Assembly (NCBI RefSeq): GCF_029227855.1
Contig: NZ_CP074356.1
Strand: one strand, 5' to 3'
DNA length: 64,000 nucleotides
From: Escherichia coli
Lineage (GTDB): Bacteria; Pseudomonadota; Gammaproteobacteria; Enterobacterales; Enterobacteriaceae
Below are positions 1 through 15,567 of this stretch, piece after piece. Each line of letters begins with the position of its first letter. Position 1 is the stretch's first letter. The position numbers were made by a program, and so were the translations under genes. Under the pieces are notes generated by a model. It worked only from the letters and a program-made list of their open reading frames with translations. It did not search any database and was not told where the DNA came from.

Positions 1-5656
<5,656 letters not shown>

Positions 5657-5968
5657 GCTTACCTTCCCTGAACGAGCTAACATAAATGCGCCCTTTCTAG
5701 CACAGCGAAAAAATATAAATCCTGATAGCAATATGATTGAAAATTAATAACTTTTCGTTAGGCAGTTTTGGGTGTGAGTTGCAAGAGGGGAGACTACTGA
5801 ATTACTCAAGTTTTATAATCGAGGGGAAAATGGTGATGGCGTCCATAGCAAAACGCCCTCAACCATAAAGGTCGAGGGCGCTTAAGATGTCAAAAACCCG
5901 CTATCCGTTAAAAAGCAATGCTCAACTAAGGTCAGTGACATTGCGCTAAAAAGCAAATTTTTAGAATT

Positions 5969-6044
5969 TGGCTCCTCTGACTGGACTCGAACCAGTGACA
6001 TACGGATTAACAGTCCGCCGTTCTACCGACTGAACTACAGAGGA
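5969..6044 (-). tRNA. asnT: tRNA-Asn (anticodon GUU)
   Basis: Reverse complement reads TCCTCTGTAGTTCAGTCGGTAGAACGGCGGACTGTTAATCCGTATGTCACTGGTTCGAGTCCAGTCAGAGGAGCCA, 76 nt; K-12 order yeeJ-asnT-mtfA-serU. Confidence 0.9.
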
Positions 6045-6144
6045 ATCGTGTGAACGGGGCGCATATTACTTAGCGGTACCTTGTCTGTCAACACTAAATT
6101 TCATAAGTCATTTCAATTGGTTAATTAATCTGCAAAGTTGTTAA

Positions 6145-6942
6145 TTAATGAACATTCGTCGTCGAAAACGAGTCTGTATCATTAGCGTGGTGCAGTCTCT
6201 GCAAAGGATCTTGTTGATAAAATTGGCAGAAACGTTGCCACAATGAAGGGAAACGAGGAGCAAAAAGTTCTGGGGCGCTAAAGAAATATTCAGAAAGTAC
6301 GGCAAAACATTCAGCAGGATCACTGGCAGCATAAGCATCAATGCTCGCCGCATTCTCGCCAACCAATTCGATTTCTTCCTGAATGTTGTTCATTGCAGCA
6401 TGAAGATCGTATTCCCAGCCAGCAACCTCACGCAACGGAATAAAGGGAACTCCGCTGGCGCGATCGCCGTTACGGGTGTCCAGCTTATGAGCGACTTCAT
6501 GAATAATCAGGTTAAAACCAGAAGCATCAAAAGAATCTTGTATATCCAACCAGTTCAAAACGATAGGCCCTTGCTGCCAGCTCTGACCTGACTGAACAAT
6601 ACGTTGGTTATGCACCAGACCGATATCGTCTTCCCATTCATCATCGACCACAAATGGCGCAGGATAAATTAAGACTTCATGAAAACCATCCAGCCATTCC
6701 AGTCCTAACTCCAGAACGGGCAGGCAAAATAGAAGTGCTATCCGGCAGCTTCTTAATGAATCCAGTTCAAAGCCCTGTAAAGGAACAAGCCGCTTTTGCT
6801 GTAAAAAACGTTCGGCAAGAGTGACTAATTTGCTTTGTTCCTGTTCCGTCAGACACGTTAAAAGGGGGATCGATAGTGCTTCCTGCCAGGGAAGGGCAGT
6901 TTGATGTGCTGATTCTTGTACTTTCCAGGGCCACTTAATCAT
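6145..6942 (-). CDS. mtfA: Mlc titration factor MtfA (YeeI), 265 aa
   Basis: Track ORF 6145..6981 contains [23 protein letters not shown]...; start trimmed to the MIKWPWK methionine. Confidence 0.9.
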   Translation of the reverse strand: MIKWPWKVQESAHQTALPWQEALSIPLLTCLTEQEQSKLVTLAERFLQQKRLVPLQGFELDSLRSCRIALLFCLPVLELGLEWLDGFHEVLIYPAPFVVDDEWEDDIGLVHNQRIVQSGQSWQQGPIVLNWLDIQDSFDASGFNLIIHEVAHKLDTRNGDRASGVPFIPLREVAGWEYDLHAAMNNIQEEIELVGENAASIDAYAASDPAECFAVLSEYFFSAPELFAPRFPSLWQRFCQFYQQDPLQRLHHANDTDSFSTTNVH

Positions 6943-7035
6943 CGTTTTGCTCGCAAACTCGTCACTTGAACAAAATTGCACGGACAGGGACTGTTAAAAT
7001 GCCAAATTTCCTGGCATCATGGCAACCATCTGAAC

Positions 7036-7125
7036 GGAGAGATGCCGGAGCGGCTGAACGGACCGGTCTCGAAAACCGGAGTAGGGGCAACTCTACCGGG
7101 GGTTCAAATCCCCCTCTCTCCGCCA
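7036..7125 (+). tRNA. serU: tRNA-Ser (anticodon CGA); prophage attachment target
   Basis: GGAGAGATGCCGGAGCGGCTGAACGGACCGGTCTCGAAAACCGG...CCCCCTCTCTCCGCCA, 90 nt with long variable arm; its 3' 62 nt are repeated at 63384..63445. Confidence 0.9.
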
Positions 7126-7177
7126 AAATTCAATCACTTATACATCATTAAGTCAGTGACAAAAATCACACTTGGAA

Positions 7178-8203
7178 TTACTTGGAATATTTTCTTGGAA
7201 TATTTTCAGGTAACGGGACATCAAGTGTCGGTGAAACTTTAACCTTCCTGTCATAGATTAGCACTTGCCCCTCGGTTTTGTGACCAGAGAAAAGTTGCTT
7301 ATCCCGACTGCTTCCTTCATAGTCTGAAATTCCTTTCGCCTTCAGATCATGAAAGGTGAAGTCGGTTAAAATACCTGAAATTTTGCCTGCGCGATTTCTT
7401 GCTTCTACCCACATTTCGTTAAAGCCTTTGTACATATATCGGTTGCCGTACTGATTGCTGATTACATAGGCGGATGTTGGTAACTGTTTTGCTTTTTCGA
7501 TCGCCGCCTGTAATCGTGGACTCCATGCTTTTATCTGTTTTTTTCCTGTTTTCCCTTGCTGGATAAAGATCCCGTCGTTTCCAATCTGCTCCCATTTCAG
7601 CGATAACACATCGGAAACCCTCGCTGCACACAGATAGGCAATTTCCATTGCGATAAAAACAGGAAGAGGTGCAACGCTTAATACTGCCTGGTATTCTTTG
7701 TCGGTTACATATCGTTCGCGGTTTTTGGCCTTGAATTTACTTACACCTGCACATGGGTTAGCCTTCACGTACCCTCGCTCATACCCCCAACTGTAAACGC
7801 GGGACATACTGCTTTTTTCATGGTTGGCTTGCGTTTTACTCTGTTCCCCTCTCTTGTCCATGTATCGACGGATGTGTTCTGGTTTTATGGAATCTGCCGG
7901 CACCTTACCGAATACGGCAAGCAACTTTTTTTGATGTTGCAGATAATCTTTTTGTGTTCTTGGACTGAGGTCACTGTAATAGGCGCTGGCGAGGAATTTT
8001 TCCCACAAGCGACCGAATGTCATTGCACGATCGCGATTATTTACAGTTTCCTCATACTTTTTCCATAAAGCAGCTAAACCATCCTTGATGGCGGTTAGTG
8101 TTACAGATTCTCTGGATGTTGGTTTCCATACATAACTATATTTATTTGGGTATACATTTGGAGGTAATTTTTCGTGTTCAGGATTTTTCCTTCGTCTTCC
8201 CAT
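7178..8203 (-). CDS. int: Prophage tyrosine integrase
   Basis: 341-aa ORF next to tRNA-Ser with a lambda-family integrase C-terminal region (..AWSPRLQAAIEKAK.., ..HDLKAKGISDYEGS..). Confidence 0.9.
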   Translation of the reverse strand: MGRRRKNPEHEKLPPNVYPNKYSYVWKPTSRESVTLTAIKDGLAALWKKYEETVNNRDRAMTFGRLWEKFLASAYYSDLSPRTQKDYLQHQKKLLAVFGKVPADSIKPEHIRRYMDKRGEQSKTQANHEKSSMSRVYSWGYERGYVKANPCAGVSKFKAKNRERYVTDKEYQAVLSVAPLPVFIAMEIAYLCAARVSDVLSLKWEQIGNDGIFIQQGKTGKKQIKAWSPRLQAAIEKAKQLPTSAYVISNQYGNRYMYKGFNEMWVEARNRAGKISGILTDFTFHDLKAKGISDYEGSSRDKQLFSGHKTEGQVLIYDRKVKVSPTLDVPLPENIPRKYSK

Positions 8204-8406
8204 CAGATCGCACCAAAATTCGGCTCTACCTCGCGTGGTGGTAAAGTTTTATTGCAGGTAAATAGATCCCGGCTGACAATCGGTTTGCCACTACGATTGG
8301 TATAGAACGGAAGCCCGTTTTCCATTAACCATTTTCGCTGGTGGCTTGCATATTTGCAGCCCGTTAATATTAGCAATTCATCTTCGGTTAAAAATAAGCT
8401 GCTCAT
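8203..8406 (-). CDS. xis: Excisionase-like small protein
   Basis: 67-aa ORF immediately upstream of int with start/stop overlap; the Xis call is positional. Confidence 0.55.
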   Translation of the reverse strand: MSSLFLTEDELLILTGCKYASHQRKWLMENGLPFYTNRSGKPIVSRDLFTCNKTLPPREVEPNFGAI

Positions 8407-8464
8407 AGCTATATCTCATAACCGCCGCTAACTATATACGGTTAGCGGCAATTAGGGTTGAACA

Positions 8465-10906
8465 TTAAAAATCAGCCTGACTCGGGATCAGTTTTTGCCA
8501 GATAGCTGAAACGTATTTTGCCTGGTAACGAGCGTCATCAAGTGCATTATGGCGCTCACCTTCGAATGGAATAGCCGTTCTGGCATCGAAGTCTATGGCT
8601 TTCCCCAGCTCAACGATTGTGCGTACATCGCGATCGTTGTAGTAACGCCACGGGCAGGGGATCCCCTGCCGTTCGTATGAACGGCGCAAAATCGTGTTGT
8701 CGAAGTTGGCTCCATTTCCCCAGACCTGAACAAAAAATTCACCGGAGTTTTCGTCGATAAATTCCCGCAATTGTAACAGTGCATCATCTAACGGGATTTC
8801 ATCGGTCATAATGGCAGATTGCGCTTCGCGTGATTGCTTAAGCCACCATTTAATGGTGTCCCGATCAATGACTCCGCCAGCAGTTTCCAGATCGATAGTC
8901 TTACTAAATTCCGGTCCCATATCTCCGGTTTGCGGATCGAAAAATATTGCACCTATTGAGATGATCGGGGCATCAGGATTTTTTCCCATGGTTTCAAGGT
9001 CGATCATTAGATGGTCACACGTCCTGCTGGTGGATGTGATTTCGTGATGACCATTCACCGTAATTAAGGGATCTGCCGTCTCGCCAGTTTTACTATCGCT
9101 GGCGTGGTCCTGAGCGCTGCCAGCATTCTCCTTGTGTGGATGTTCAGCGCCTTCCATTTCCTCCGGATCATTTTCCTGAACTTCAACCTGATTCTCTTCA
9201 TCGAATGTTTTCTGGTATGTTGCGTCGCCCATCACCGCGCCACAATCAGGGCAGTTGCCGCCACCGCTCTGACCGCAGGCGGAGCAGACTTTTTCCGGTT
9301 CCTGTTGCGCTACTGGTTCGGATTGTTTCGTTTCTGGCTCGTTTTGTAACGCATTTGGGCTGTTTTGTTCCGCTTTTTGGTCGTTCCGTTCCGATTCATG
9401 CTGGTTCTGGTTCACAGAATCGCGAGTCTGGATCCCCTTGACCCATTTCGGATCATTAGGGTCGCTAATCCCCTCAACAAATTCACCACGCGATACAGCA
9501 AGTAACTTATCGGCGTCAGGCTGGCTGATATTGGCTGCCTGCATAATTTTGTTTACTTCGTCAGCGGTGACTTTTACTTGGTTAGCGGAACTCACCTGCG
9601 ACTGAGCATCCAGCGACTGCGCGTTCTGGCAATGTTCAGTTGTATCCGGTTCCATTGTTTCAGTTGTTGCCTGTTCACCTGCCATTGCGTCAGATGGTTG
9701 TGGTTTTTCTTCTTCTGTTTCACGCTCAGTAACCACCTCGCGGTTAATTTCTTCCAGGATATCTTTTTCCGGCGTATGCCGGGCAGCTGTGAGAGTTTCC
9801 TTGCTGGGGTTCTCGTGATCAGTTTCCGTCAAATAGGCGTTGATATACCCCTGAAGGCGTCCCGGGTAGTGATAAAATTCAGGGTGTGCGCTTCGGATAA
9901 GTGCAAAAATAGCGGCGCGGGAATAGTCCAGAATACCCGGGGTTGCACGAAGTGCTGCGGACCATTCTTTGAACGGACTTTCTTTTTTCAGGACTACTTC
10001 TTTTGCGCGACGATAAACGCTGCCCGGAATTTCATAAATATTAAAATCCATCGGAAGTGTGGCTGCTGCAATCTCCACATCCAGTGTGTCGAGGGTGTGT
10101 ACTAAATTCGGACTGCGATCGGTTTTGTTCCCACCGCCAGCATTAGCACCGGAAGCCGTGCGGGTGATGCGTGAAACACGATTTCCTTTCATCCACTCTT
10201 TTGTCAGCAGACCCCGATCAGTGTAGTCAGCGTCCAGGTATGCTTCGAAAAAAGCAGTTATTAGTCCCAGGTCTGAATTACCAGGATTAGGGAAAACTTT
10301 GTCAGTGTCACGAACCAGTTTGTGGAGGTCGCGAATCTCCAGCGAGTCGAGCAGACTGGTTTTATGCGAAATAGCCAGGGCAGTAACAGCCGGTAGTTCT
10401 TCAGCCCGTGCAATGTGTAATGCCTGGAGTTCGTCGCGTGAAACGTGCGTTACTGGTTTTTCGCTGCCGTGTTGAGCAAGCCAACGAATGGGCAGTTCCT
10501 GACCGGAGACAGGTAGAAGCATGCTCTCCTCAATCTCAGTCATGTCTTCGCCGTTGATGTTGGTATTATCAGTGCTGGCTGATTTGTCCTGAACAGAGGG
10601 GGAAGGGCCGATAAATGTCATTGTGATGCCATCTTTCCCGCCTTTTTCATAGCGGTTGCAGAATTCAGTATCAAACACGCCTTCTGGCGGAAGGTCGTCA
10701 ACAACGGGCAAATTGACGCGGACGGGTTTTTTAAAGTCGTCTTCATCATAATCGTTGTCATCCATTGCGGTAATGCAGCGGGAGATTGCAACAGATAATT
10801 TTTTTGCTGTAGTCCAGTAAAAACCACCTTTAATTCCTAGGCGTTTTCTTACTTTGTCATTTTTTGCTTCGCAATATAGTGCAAATTCTTCTTTATCAGT
10901 GCTCAT
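8465..10906 (-). CDS. Phage exonuclease-domain protein (DEDDh 3'-5' exonuclease C-terminal domain), 813 aa
   Basis: C-terminus has [10 protein letters not shown]...[10 protein letters not shown] and ..[16 protein letters not shown] motifs typical of DnaQ-like exonucleases; large acidic linker region. Confidence 0.7.
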   Translation of the reverse strand: MSTDKEEFALYCEAKNDKVRKRLGIKGGFYWTTAKKLSVAISRCITAMDDNDYDEDDFKKPVRVNLPVVDDLPPEGVFDTEFCNRYEKGGKDGITMTFIGPSPSVQDKSASTDNTNINGEDMTEIEESMLLPVSGQELPIRWLAQHGSEKPVTHVSRDELQALHIARAEELPAVTALAISHKTSLLDSLEIRDLHKLVRDTDKVFPNPGNSDLGLITAFFEAYLDADYTDRGLLTKEWMKGNRVSRITRTASGANAGGGNKTDRSPNLVHTLDTLDVEIAAATLPMDFNIYEIPGSVYRRAKEVVLKKESPFKEWSAALRATPGILDYSRAAIFALIRSAHPEFYHYPGRLQGYINAYLTETDHENPSKETLTAARHTPEKDILEEINREVVTERETEEEKPQPSDAMAGEQATTETMEPDTTEHCQNAQSLDAQSQVSSANQVKVTADEVNKIMQAANISQPDADKLLAVSRGEFVEGISDPNDPKWVKGIQTRDSVNQNQHESERNDQKAEQNSPNALQNEPETKQSEPVAQQEPEKVCSACGQSGGGNCPDCGAVMGDATYQKTFDEENQVEVQENDPEEMEGAEHPHKENAGSAQDHASDSKTGETADPLITVNGHHEITSTSRTCDHLMIDLETMGKNPDAPIISIGAIFFDPQTGDMGPEFSKTIDLETAGGVIDRDTIKWWLKQSREAQSAIMTDEIPLDDALLQLREFIDENSGEFFVQVWGNGANFDNTILRRSYERQGIPCPWRYYNDRDVRTIVELGKAIDFDARTAIPFEGERHNALDDARYQAKYVSAIWQKLIPSQADF

Positions 10907-10999
10907 TATTGATAAACCTCATCACAGATTTAAGGGTGAACAAATCTCTGCCATTGCTGACATATAAGAATGAAACTGGATATTTATTACGGTGCTGTT

Positions 11000-11191
11000 T
11001 TAAAATCCTGCCGGGATTTCGTTATTATCCTGGTGAATAACTTTATCGACCGGATAACAGTTGCCTGGAATTTTCTGTTCGGTTGCTGCTGCCATACATT
11101 CCTGCATTGTTCTGTGAACACTGACTGCAATATCAACTGGCTCTCCGGAAACAAGAAAAACCGTCAGAATAAGTGCAAATACTGGATTCAT
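11000..11191 (-). CDS. ydfD: YdfD-like small secreted/lysis protein (63 aa)
   Basis: MNPVFALILTVFLVSGEPVD..., directly downstream of dicB as in Qin; start chosen at the internal ATG with hydrophobic N-terminus. Confidence 0.5.
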   Translation of the reverse strand: MNPVFALILTVFLVSGEPVDIAVSVHRTMQECMAAATEQKIPGNCYPVDKVIHQDNNEIPAGF

Positions 11192-11376
11192 TGTGCACAT
11201 CCTTTTGGCATCAGACGTAAACGGGCCAGCATTGAAACAATGCATACTTTATTTAATAACTCCCGTTCGTGTTTTCTTTTGTTAATGGCCTCTTCAGTAA
11301 ATACAGGATTACTGATAGTGACACCAATTTCAAAACAACCTTCAGACGTATTAACGTTTGGTAATAACGTTTTCAT
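11188..11376 (-). CDS. dicB: Cell-division inhibitor DicB (62 aa)
   Basis: MKTLLPNVNTSEGCFEIGVTISNPVFTEEAINKRK...LMPKGCAQ matches recalled Qin DicB; DicF lies just upstream. Confidence 0.7.
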   Translation of the reverse strand: MKTLLPNVNTSEGCFEIGVTISNPVFTEEAINKRKHERELLNKVCIVSMLARLRLMPKGCAQ

Positions 11377-11549
11377 TATCGCGCCCCAACAATGAGTTTT
11401 GTGATGCGGTGCCTGGTGCCTCCAGGTGACGTTAACCAGTTAACAATTAACGCCGGATACAGAGAATCCACCCATAACACTGTTTTTGGTTTTAACTGTT
11501 CCGCGTGCGCTTAGCCGCATTCACCGCATCACAAAATTCACTTTAAAAA

Positions 11550-11602
11550 GGGCGGCAGAGCAGTCACGGAGTAAAACTGATACCGCCAAACGTCACCAGA
11601 AA
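11550..11602 (-). ncRNA. dicF: DicF small regulatory RNA (53 nt) with 3' hairpin and U-tract
   Basis: Minus strand reads TTTCTGGTGACGTTTGGCGGTATCAGTTTTACTCCGTGACTGCTCTGCCGCCC followed by TTTTT; matches recalled DicF. Confidence 0.7.
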
Positions 11603-11943
11603 ATTGATAACAGAGGGCGTTGCAGCGGGGTTGTCACTTAAGCGTATGGTCAACCTGACAACCCGGTGTCCTCAACGGGGGAAGGAATAACCCCGCCATA
11701 CTTACCGCCGCGCCATTTCGCGGATTGCCACAACCGGAAGCGCACGGTCGACGAAAATTTAACGACAGGCTATCTATGAACCAGCTACCTCGCCGTGCGC
11801 TTTCGCGTTATGGTCTGACTTTTCAGGGAAATATCCTTTCAGTAAACTGTCAGTGCCGGATGCTCACCCGTGTCCGGCGCACGCACTCCACCTCACCCGT
11901 GGAGAACTCCTTAATTACTAACCTTAGCTTTGTTGATTAGCTA

Positions 11944-12162
11944 CTAACGCGGGTATGTAATCATTCTGGCAATGCTTAATGCCGCTGCTTTTTCCAGATT
12001 GGTGATATCCTGCTCCAGAGCGGACAGATTTTCAGCCTGCTTAGCCCTGGCTTCATTAGCCCATTTCAGATCCTGCGCTGCATTAATTTTCTGGCGCATC
12101 CACTCATAAAGTTCATCATCGGTATAGTCTGGCGCGATGATGACGGGTTCTCGTTTCTGCAC
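11944..12162 (-). CDS. ydfC: YdfC-like protein (72 aa)
   Basis: ORF MQKREPVIIAPDYTDDELYEWMRQKINAAQDLKW...; position and length as ydfC in the Qin dicB operon. Confidence 0.6.
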   Translation of the reverse strand: MQKREPVIIAPDYTDDELYEWMRQKINAAQDLKWANEARAKQAENLSALEQDITNLEKAAALSIARMITYPR

Positions 12163-12191
12163 GCTGATTCCTCGCGGTGCTGTTTCGCTTA

Positions 12192-12320
12192 TCAGCCGTT
12201 AGATTTTGCCGAACTGGAAAGCGCCTGTTTAAATTCGCTGAAGCTGAGAGCTTCTTCGCCTTCGGCAAGGCCTTCGAAGTATTCTTCGTAAGCCTTTTCC
12301 ATGATTGTGTCGAAATCCAT
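12192..12320 (-). CDS. ydfB: YdfB-like small protein (42 aa)
   Basis: Hand-translated MDFDTIMEKAYEEYFEGLAEGEEALSFSEFKQALSSSAKSNG; below track length cutoff. Confidence 0.5.
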   Translation of the reverse strand: MDFDTIMEKAYEEYFEGLAEGEEALSFSEFKQALSSSAKSNG

Positions 12321-12321
12321 A

Positions 12322-12477
12322 TCACCCACCTGAATTTCTTTCCAGCCAGCGACGCGCTCCAGATTCGGTTTTAAACGTTTTGCTTTTGGTATACGTCATT
12401 GCGGTGAAGGTGCCGTCCTGGTTGGGAAACACGCCGTACACCAGAGATTCGTTGTTGCCAAGATCGATAGTATCCAT
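12322..12477 (-). CDS. ydfA: YdfA-like small protein (51 aa)
   Basis: Internal ATG of track ORF 12322..12558 gives the 51-aa MDTIDLGNNESLVYGVFPNQDGTF... product; first gene of the dicB-type operon. Confidence 0.5.
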   Translation of the reverse strand: MDTIDLGNNESLVYGVFPNQDGTFTAMTYTKSKTFKTESGARRWLERNSGG

Positions 12478-12774
12478 GCTGACCTCATTTCCCCTTAACG
12501 CCGGGGTAGCGGAACAAAAACCTGCTGCATAGTTATTAAAGTTGAACCCTGCCGTCATGTTCTTACGCCTCGGGCTGGCTACTTAACCCCTGACCACTGC
12601 CTGGTAACTCGAAGTATTGCCCTGCATTCTGTGGGGCGGGGTGGGTGGTAGGTATATAATGTACTTTTCGTTCATTGTTGTAAAGTACTTTTAGTACATT
12701 TTGTGTGTAAAAAAATGAGATGGGATAAAGTGAAGCACAAACCCGGAGGAAGGCGCTACCGGATTTATGCTGGT

Positions 12775-13194
12775 TTAAGAGGCTTTTTGTTTTTTCTTTC
12801 GTGCTAACTCTTCGTAAATTGCATTGTACTTCTGTTTTTTCTCTTCAAGAGTTTTTAAAAGTTCATCTGTCTCACTGTCAGGGAGCTCGTCCAGAAGGTC
12901 AATGATGATTTTTTGTCTTGGATTTAACTCCTGATAGAAACGTACCTGTCCACTTTCTTCTGTATCCTCTCCCAAAAGATAGGTTGGTGTTGTTCCTATT
13001 AGTGTTGCTAATTCCCTTAATTTCTCCCGGCGAGGAATTGTTTCGCCATTAAACCATTTGCTAACCGCTTTTGGTGTTAATTTCATTCGACGGGCAATTT
13101 CTGCCTGCCTTCCATGTTGTTCATAACCAGCGTTTTCACAGGCTAGCGCAAGCCTACTGGCGAACTCTTTACGCGCTTTATCTTCATGAACCAT
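12775..13194 (-). CDS. Prophage repressor, HTH XRE family (DicA/RacR-like)
   Basis: 139 aa with N-terminal HTH (..QAEIARRMKLTPKAVSKWFNGETIP..); divergent from a Cro-like gene. Confidence 0.8.
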   Translation of the reverse strand: MVHEDKARKEFASRLALACENAGYEQHGRQAEIARRMKLTPKAVSKWFNGETIPRREKLRELATLIGTTPTYLLGEDTEESGQVRFYQELNPRQKIIIDLLDELPDSETDELLKTLEEKKQKYNAIYEELARKKKQKAS

Positions 13195-13273
13195 AAGTTC
13201 AATGATATTCGCTCTTGAATGTACTGTCAGTTCTGTTATAGCATGTACTCAAAGTTCACATTGTGAGGGTGAT

Positions 13274-13528
13274 ATGAACCAGAAAACACTTGAAGATGTA
13301 ATCAAAACTGTTCGCGTTGCTGTTGTGGCCGACGTTTGTGGTGTCAGCCAAAGAGCAATCTATAAATGGATGGATAACGGAAAATTGCCTCGCACAGAAT
13401 ATACCGGCGAAACAAATTACGCTGAAAAAATCGCTCTTGCATCAAACGGATTATTTTCTGCCGATGCAATTTTAACTATTGGCAGGAATAAAACTACTAC
13501 GAAAAAGCTGATGGGAGTTGATTCATGA
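13274..13528 (+). CDS. Cro/DicC-like small HTH regulator (84 aa)
   Basis: MNQKTLEDVIKTVRVAVVADVCGVSQRAIYKWMDNGKLP..; divergent from the repressor; start set at the ATG at 13274. Confidence 0.6.
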   Translation: MNQKTLEDVIKTVRVAVVADVCGVSQRAIYKWMDNGKLPRTEYTGETNYAEKIALASNGLFSADAILTIGRNKTTTKKLMGVDS

Positions 13529-13950
13529 AAATCAAGCATGAACACATCCGCATGGCGATGAATGCCTGGGCGCATCCGGACGGCGAAAAAGTACCGGCTG
13601 TGAAAATTACCAAAGCGTATTTCGAGCTGGGAATGACGTTCCCGGAACTGTATGACGACAGCCATCCGGAAGCCCTGGCTCGCAATACTCAGAAAATTTT
13701 CCGCTGGGTGGAGAAAGACACCCCTGATGCGGTTAAAAAAATTCAGGCGTTGTTACCAGCTATCGAAAAAGCAATGCCACCTCTGCTGGTGGCCCGAATG
13801 CGCAGTCATAGCTCAGCCTATTTTCGGGAACTAGTGGAGACGCGGGAACGACTGGTGAGAGACGCTGATGATTTTGTCGCAGTGGCGATCGCTGGTTTCA
13901 ACCAGATGAATCGTGGTGGCCCTGCAGGAAATATTGTGGCTGTGCATTGA
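13525..13950 (+). CDS. YdaT-like (CII-like) regulator, 141 aa
   Basis: Position after cro-like gene and before the replication gene, start overlapping the upstream stop; family assignment recalled from Rac ydaS-ydaT-ydaU organisation. Confidence 0.65.
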   Translation: MKIKHEHIRMAMNAWAHPDGEKVPAVKITKAYFELGMTFPELYDDSHPEALARNTQKIFRWVEKDTPDAVKKIQALLPAIEKAMPPLLVARMRSHSSAYFRELVETRERLVRDADDFVAVAIAGFNQMNRGGPAGNIVAVH

Positions 13951-14021
13951 CTCGCAATATTCATACCGGATCACTTCCGGCAATTTGTGAGTAAAAAGAT
14001 TCGGTATCAAAAGAGGTGAGT

Positions 14022-15104
14022 ATGGCTAACGCCTGGCTCAGATTATGGCATGACATGCCAAATGACCCTAAGTGGCGAACAATTGCCAGGGTGTCAGGGC
14101 AGCCAATTGCAACAGTGATGGCAGTGTATATCCACCTCCTGGTGAGCGCGTCACGAAATGTCACGCGAGGTCACATTGATGTCACGACAGAAGATTTGGC
14201 AAGTGCGCTCGACGTGACAGAAGAGGTAATTGATTCAATTTTGCAGACGATGCAGGGGCGGGTACTTGATGGTGATTTAATCACTGGATGGGAAAAACGC
14301 CAGGTGCTTAAAGAGGACAACGGCAATATTTCGCAAACCGCAAAATCTCCTGCAGAGCGCAAGAGGGCGCAGCGAGAGAGGGAAAGAAAGCGGGAACAAA
14401 ATGGCGATTGTCACGGCGCGTCACGAAATGTCACGCACATGTCACGACGAGTCACGACAGATAAAGATACAGATAAAGATACAGATAAAGATACAGATCA
14501 AGAAGATCAAAACACTATGGTCCATGGCGTAAAAAACGCCACGAACCAGGCAGGGGATGTTCAGACCGTCAATCTTGGTCAGCCAGCAGGCACGACACCG
14601 GAAGCCGATTCAGCGTATGCGCTGAAAGCCGATTCGGGCGCTGTGCAGCAGGTGATGACCGCAAGGCCGGAGCAATCACACCAACTGCAGCAGCCCGAAG
14701 CCGATTCCGCCATTCAGCGGGAAGCCGATCGGGTAGTCCCGGAAAACACCGGGCAGTCTGTGGGACGAGTGGATTATCCGGATGTGTTCGAACAGGTCTG
14801 GCGGGAGTACCCGTTGCGTGCCGGAGCAAACCCGAAGAAATCCGCTTTCAGTGCCTGGAAGGCCAGATTACGCGAGGGGGTGCCACCAGAGGCCATGCTG
14901 GATGGCGTGAGGCGTTACGCAAGATACTTGGCGGCTACCGGGAAAACGGGAACGGAATTTGTTCAGCGAGCGACGACGTTTTTTGGACCGGACCGGAATT
15001 TTGAGAACCCCTGGTTGCTCCCGGTAAGCGGCACGAACAACCAGCGTTGTGTGAATCATATTTCTGAACCGGATAACGAAATTCCGCCGGGCTTCAGGGG
15101 GTAA
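14022..15104 (+). CDS. Replication initiation protein (lambda O / YdaU-like) with internal origin-like repeats
   Basis: Long ORF after cro/ydaT-like genes; contains GTCACG iteron-like clusters and a DKDTDKDTDKDTD repeat; ATG at 14022 preferred over the upstream GTG because of AAGAGG RBS. Confidence 0.65.
   Translation: MANAWLRLWHDMPNDPKWRTIARVSGQPIATVMAVYIHLLVSASRNVTRGHIDVTTEDLASALDVTEEVIDSILQTMQGRVLDGDLITGWEKRQVLKEDNGNISQTAKSPAERKRAQRERERKREQNGDCHGASRNVTHMSRRVTTDKDTDKDTDKDTDQEDQNTMVHGVKNATNQAGDVQTVNLGQPAGTTPEADSAYALKADSGAVQQVMTARPEQSHQLQQPEADSAIQREADRVVPENTGQSVGRVDYPDVFEQVWREYPLRAGANPKKSAFSAWKARLREGVPPEAMLDGVRRYARYLAATGKTGTEFVQRATTFFGPDRNFENPWLLPVSGTNNQRCVNHISEPDNEIPPGFRG
14149..14500 (+). 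repeat. Putative replication origin: two clusters of ~10-bp-spaced GTCACG iterons plus (GATAAAGATACA)x3-4 tandem repeat, inside the initiator gene
   Basis: 14149..14190 and 14409..14460 carry 4-5 GTCACG copies at ~10-11 bp spacing; 14459..14500 has the 12-bp AT-rich repeat. Confidence 0.5.
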
Positions 15105-15144
15105 GTGTTAATTTCTGGTCATGAGGTAATTTTCAGGAGGGCTT

Positions 15145-15567
15145 GTGGCAAAAGTTTTTACACAAGAAGAGCGGGAAAAAATTAAAGGGCAGGTTGTTGA
15201 ACTCGTACGCCAGAGTGGGCGCGAGACGTTACGACAACTGGAAACTAAAACTGGGGCAACAAGATATCTGATGAGCGTTCTGGCCAGAGAGCTGGTTGCC
15301 AGTGGCGATGTATACAACTCTGGTTACGGGTTATTCCCGTCTGAACAGGCGCGTAAGGACTGGCAAAATGCCCGTAAAAAGCTCTCAAGGGCAAAGCCGA
15401 AGAAACCATCTGCGGTTGATCCGGACCTAATCTGGTCATTACCAGACGGAGAAATACGCCGCTACGACAGGCGCCTGAATATAATCTGTCGCGAGTGCCG
15501 GAAGAGCGAAGCTATGCAGCGTGTACTGGCTTTCTATCAGGGTAATTTTCAGGAGGCGGTACTGTGA
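15145..15567 (+). CDS. Hypothetical phage protein (140 aa)
   Basis: ORF with good spacing after the replication gene; no recognisable domain. Confidence 0.5.
   Translation: MAKVFTQEEREKIKGQVVELVRQSGRETLRQLETKTGATRYLMSVLARELVASGDVYNSGYGLFPSEQARKDWQNARKKLSRAKPKKPSAVDPDLIWSLPDGEIRRYDRRLNIICRECRKSEAMQRVLAFYQGNFQEAVL

Noticed and set aside
6966-7242. ORFs 6966..7151 and 6976..7242
   Set aside because: They run through the tRNA-Ser gene and the mtfA-int intergenic region.
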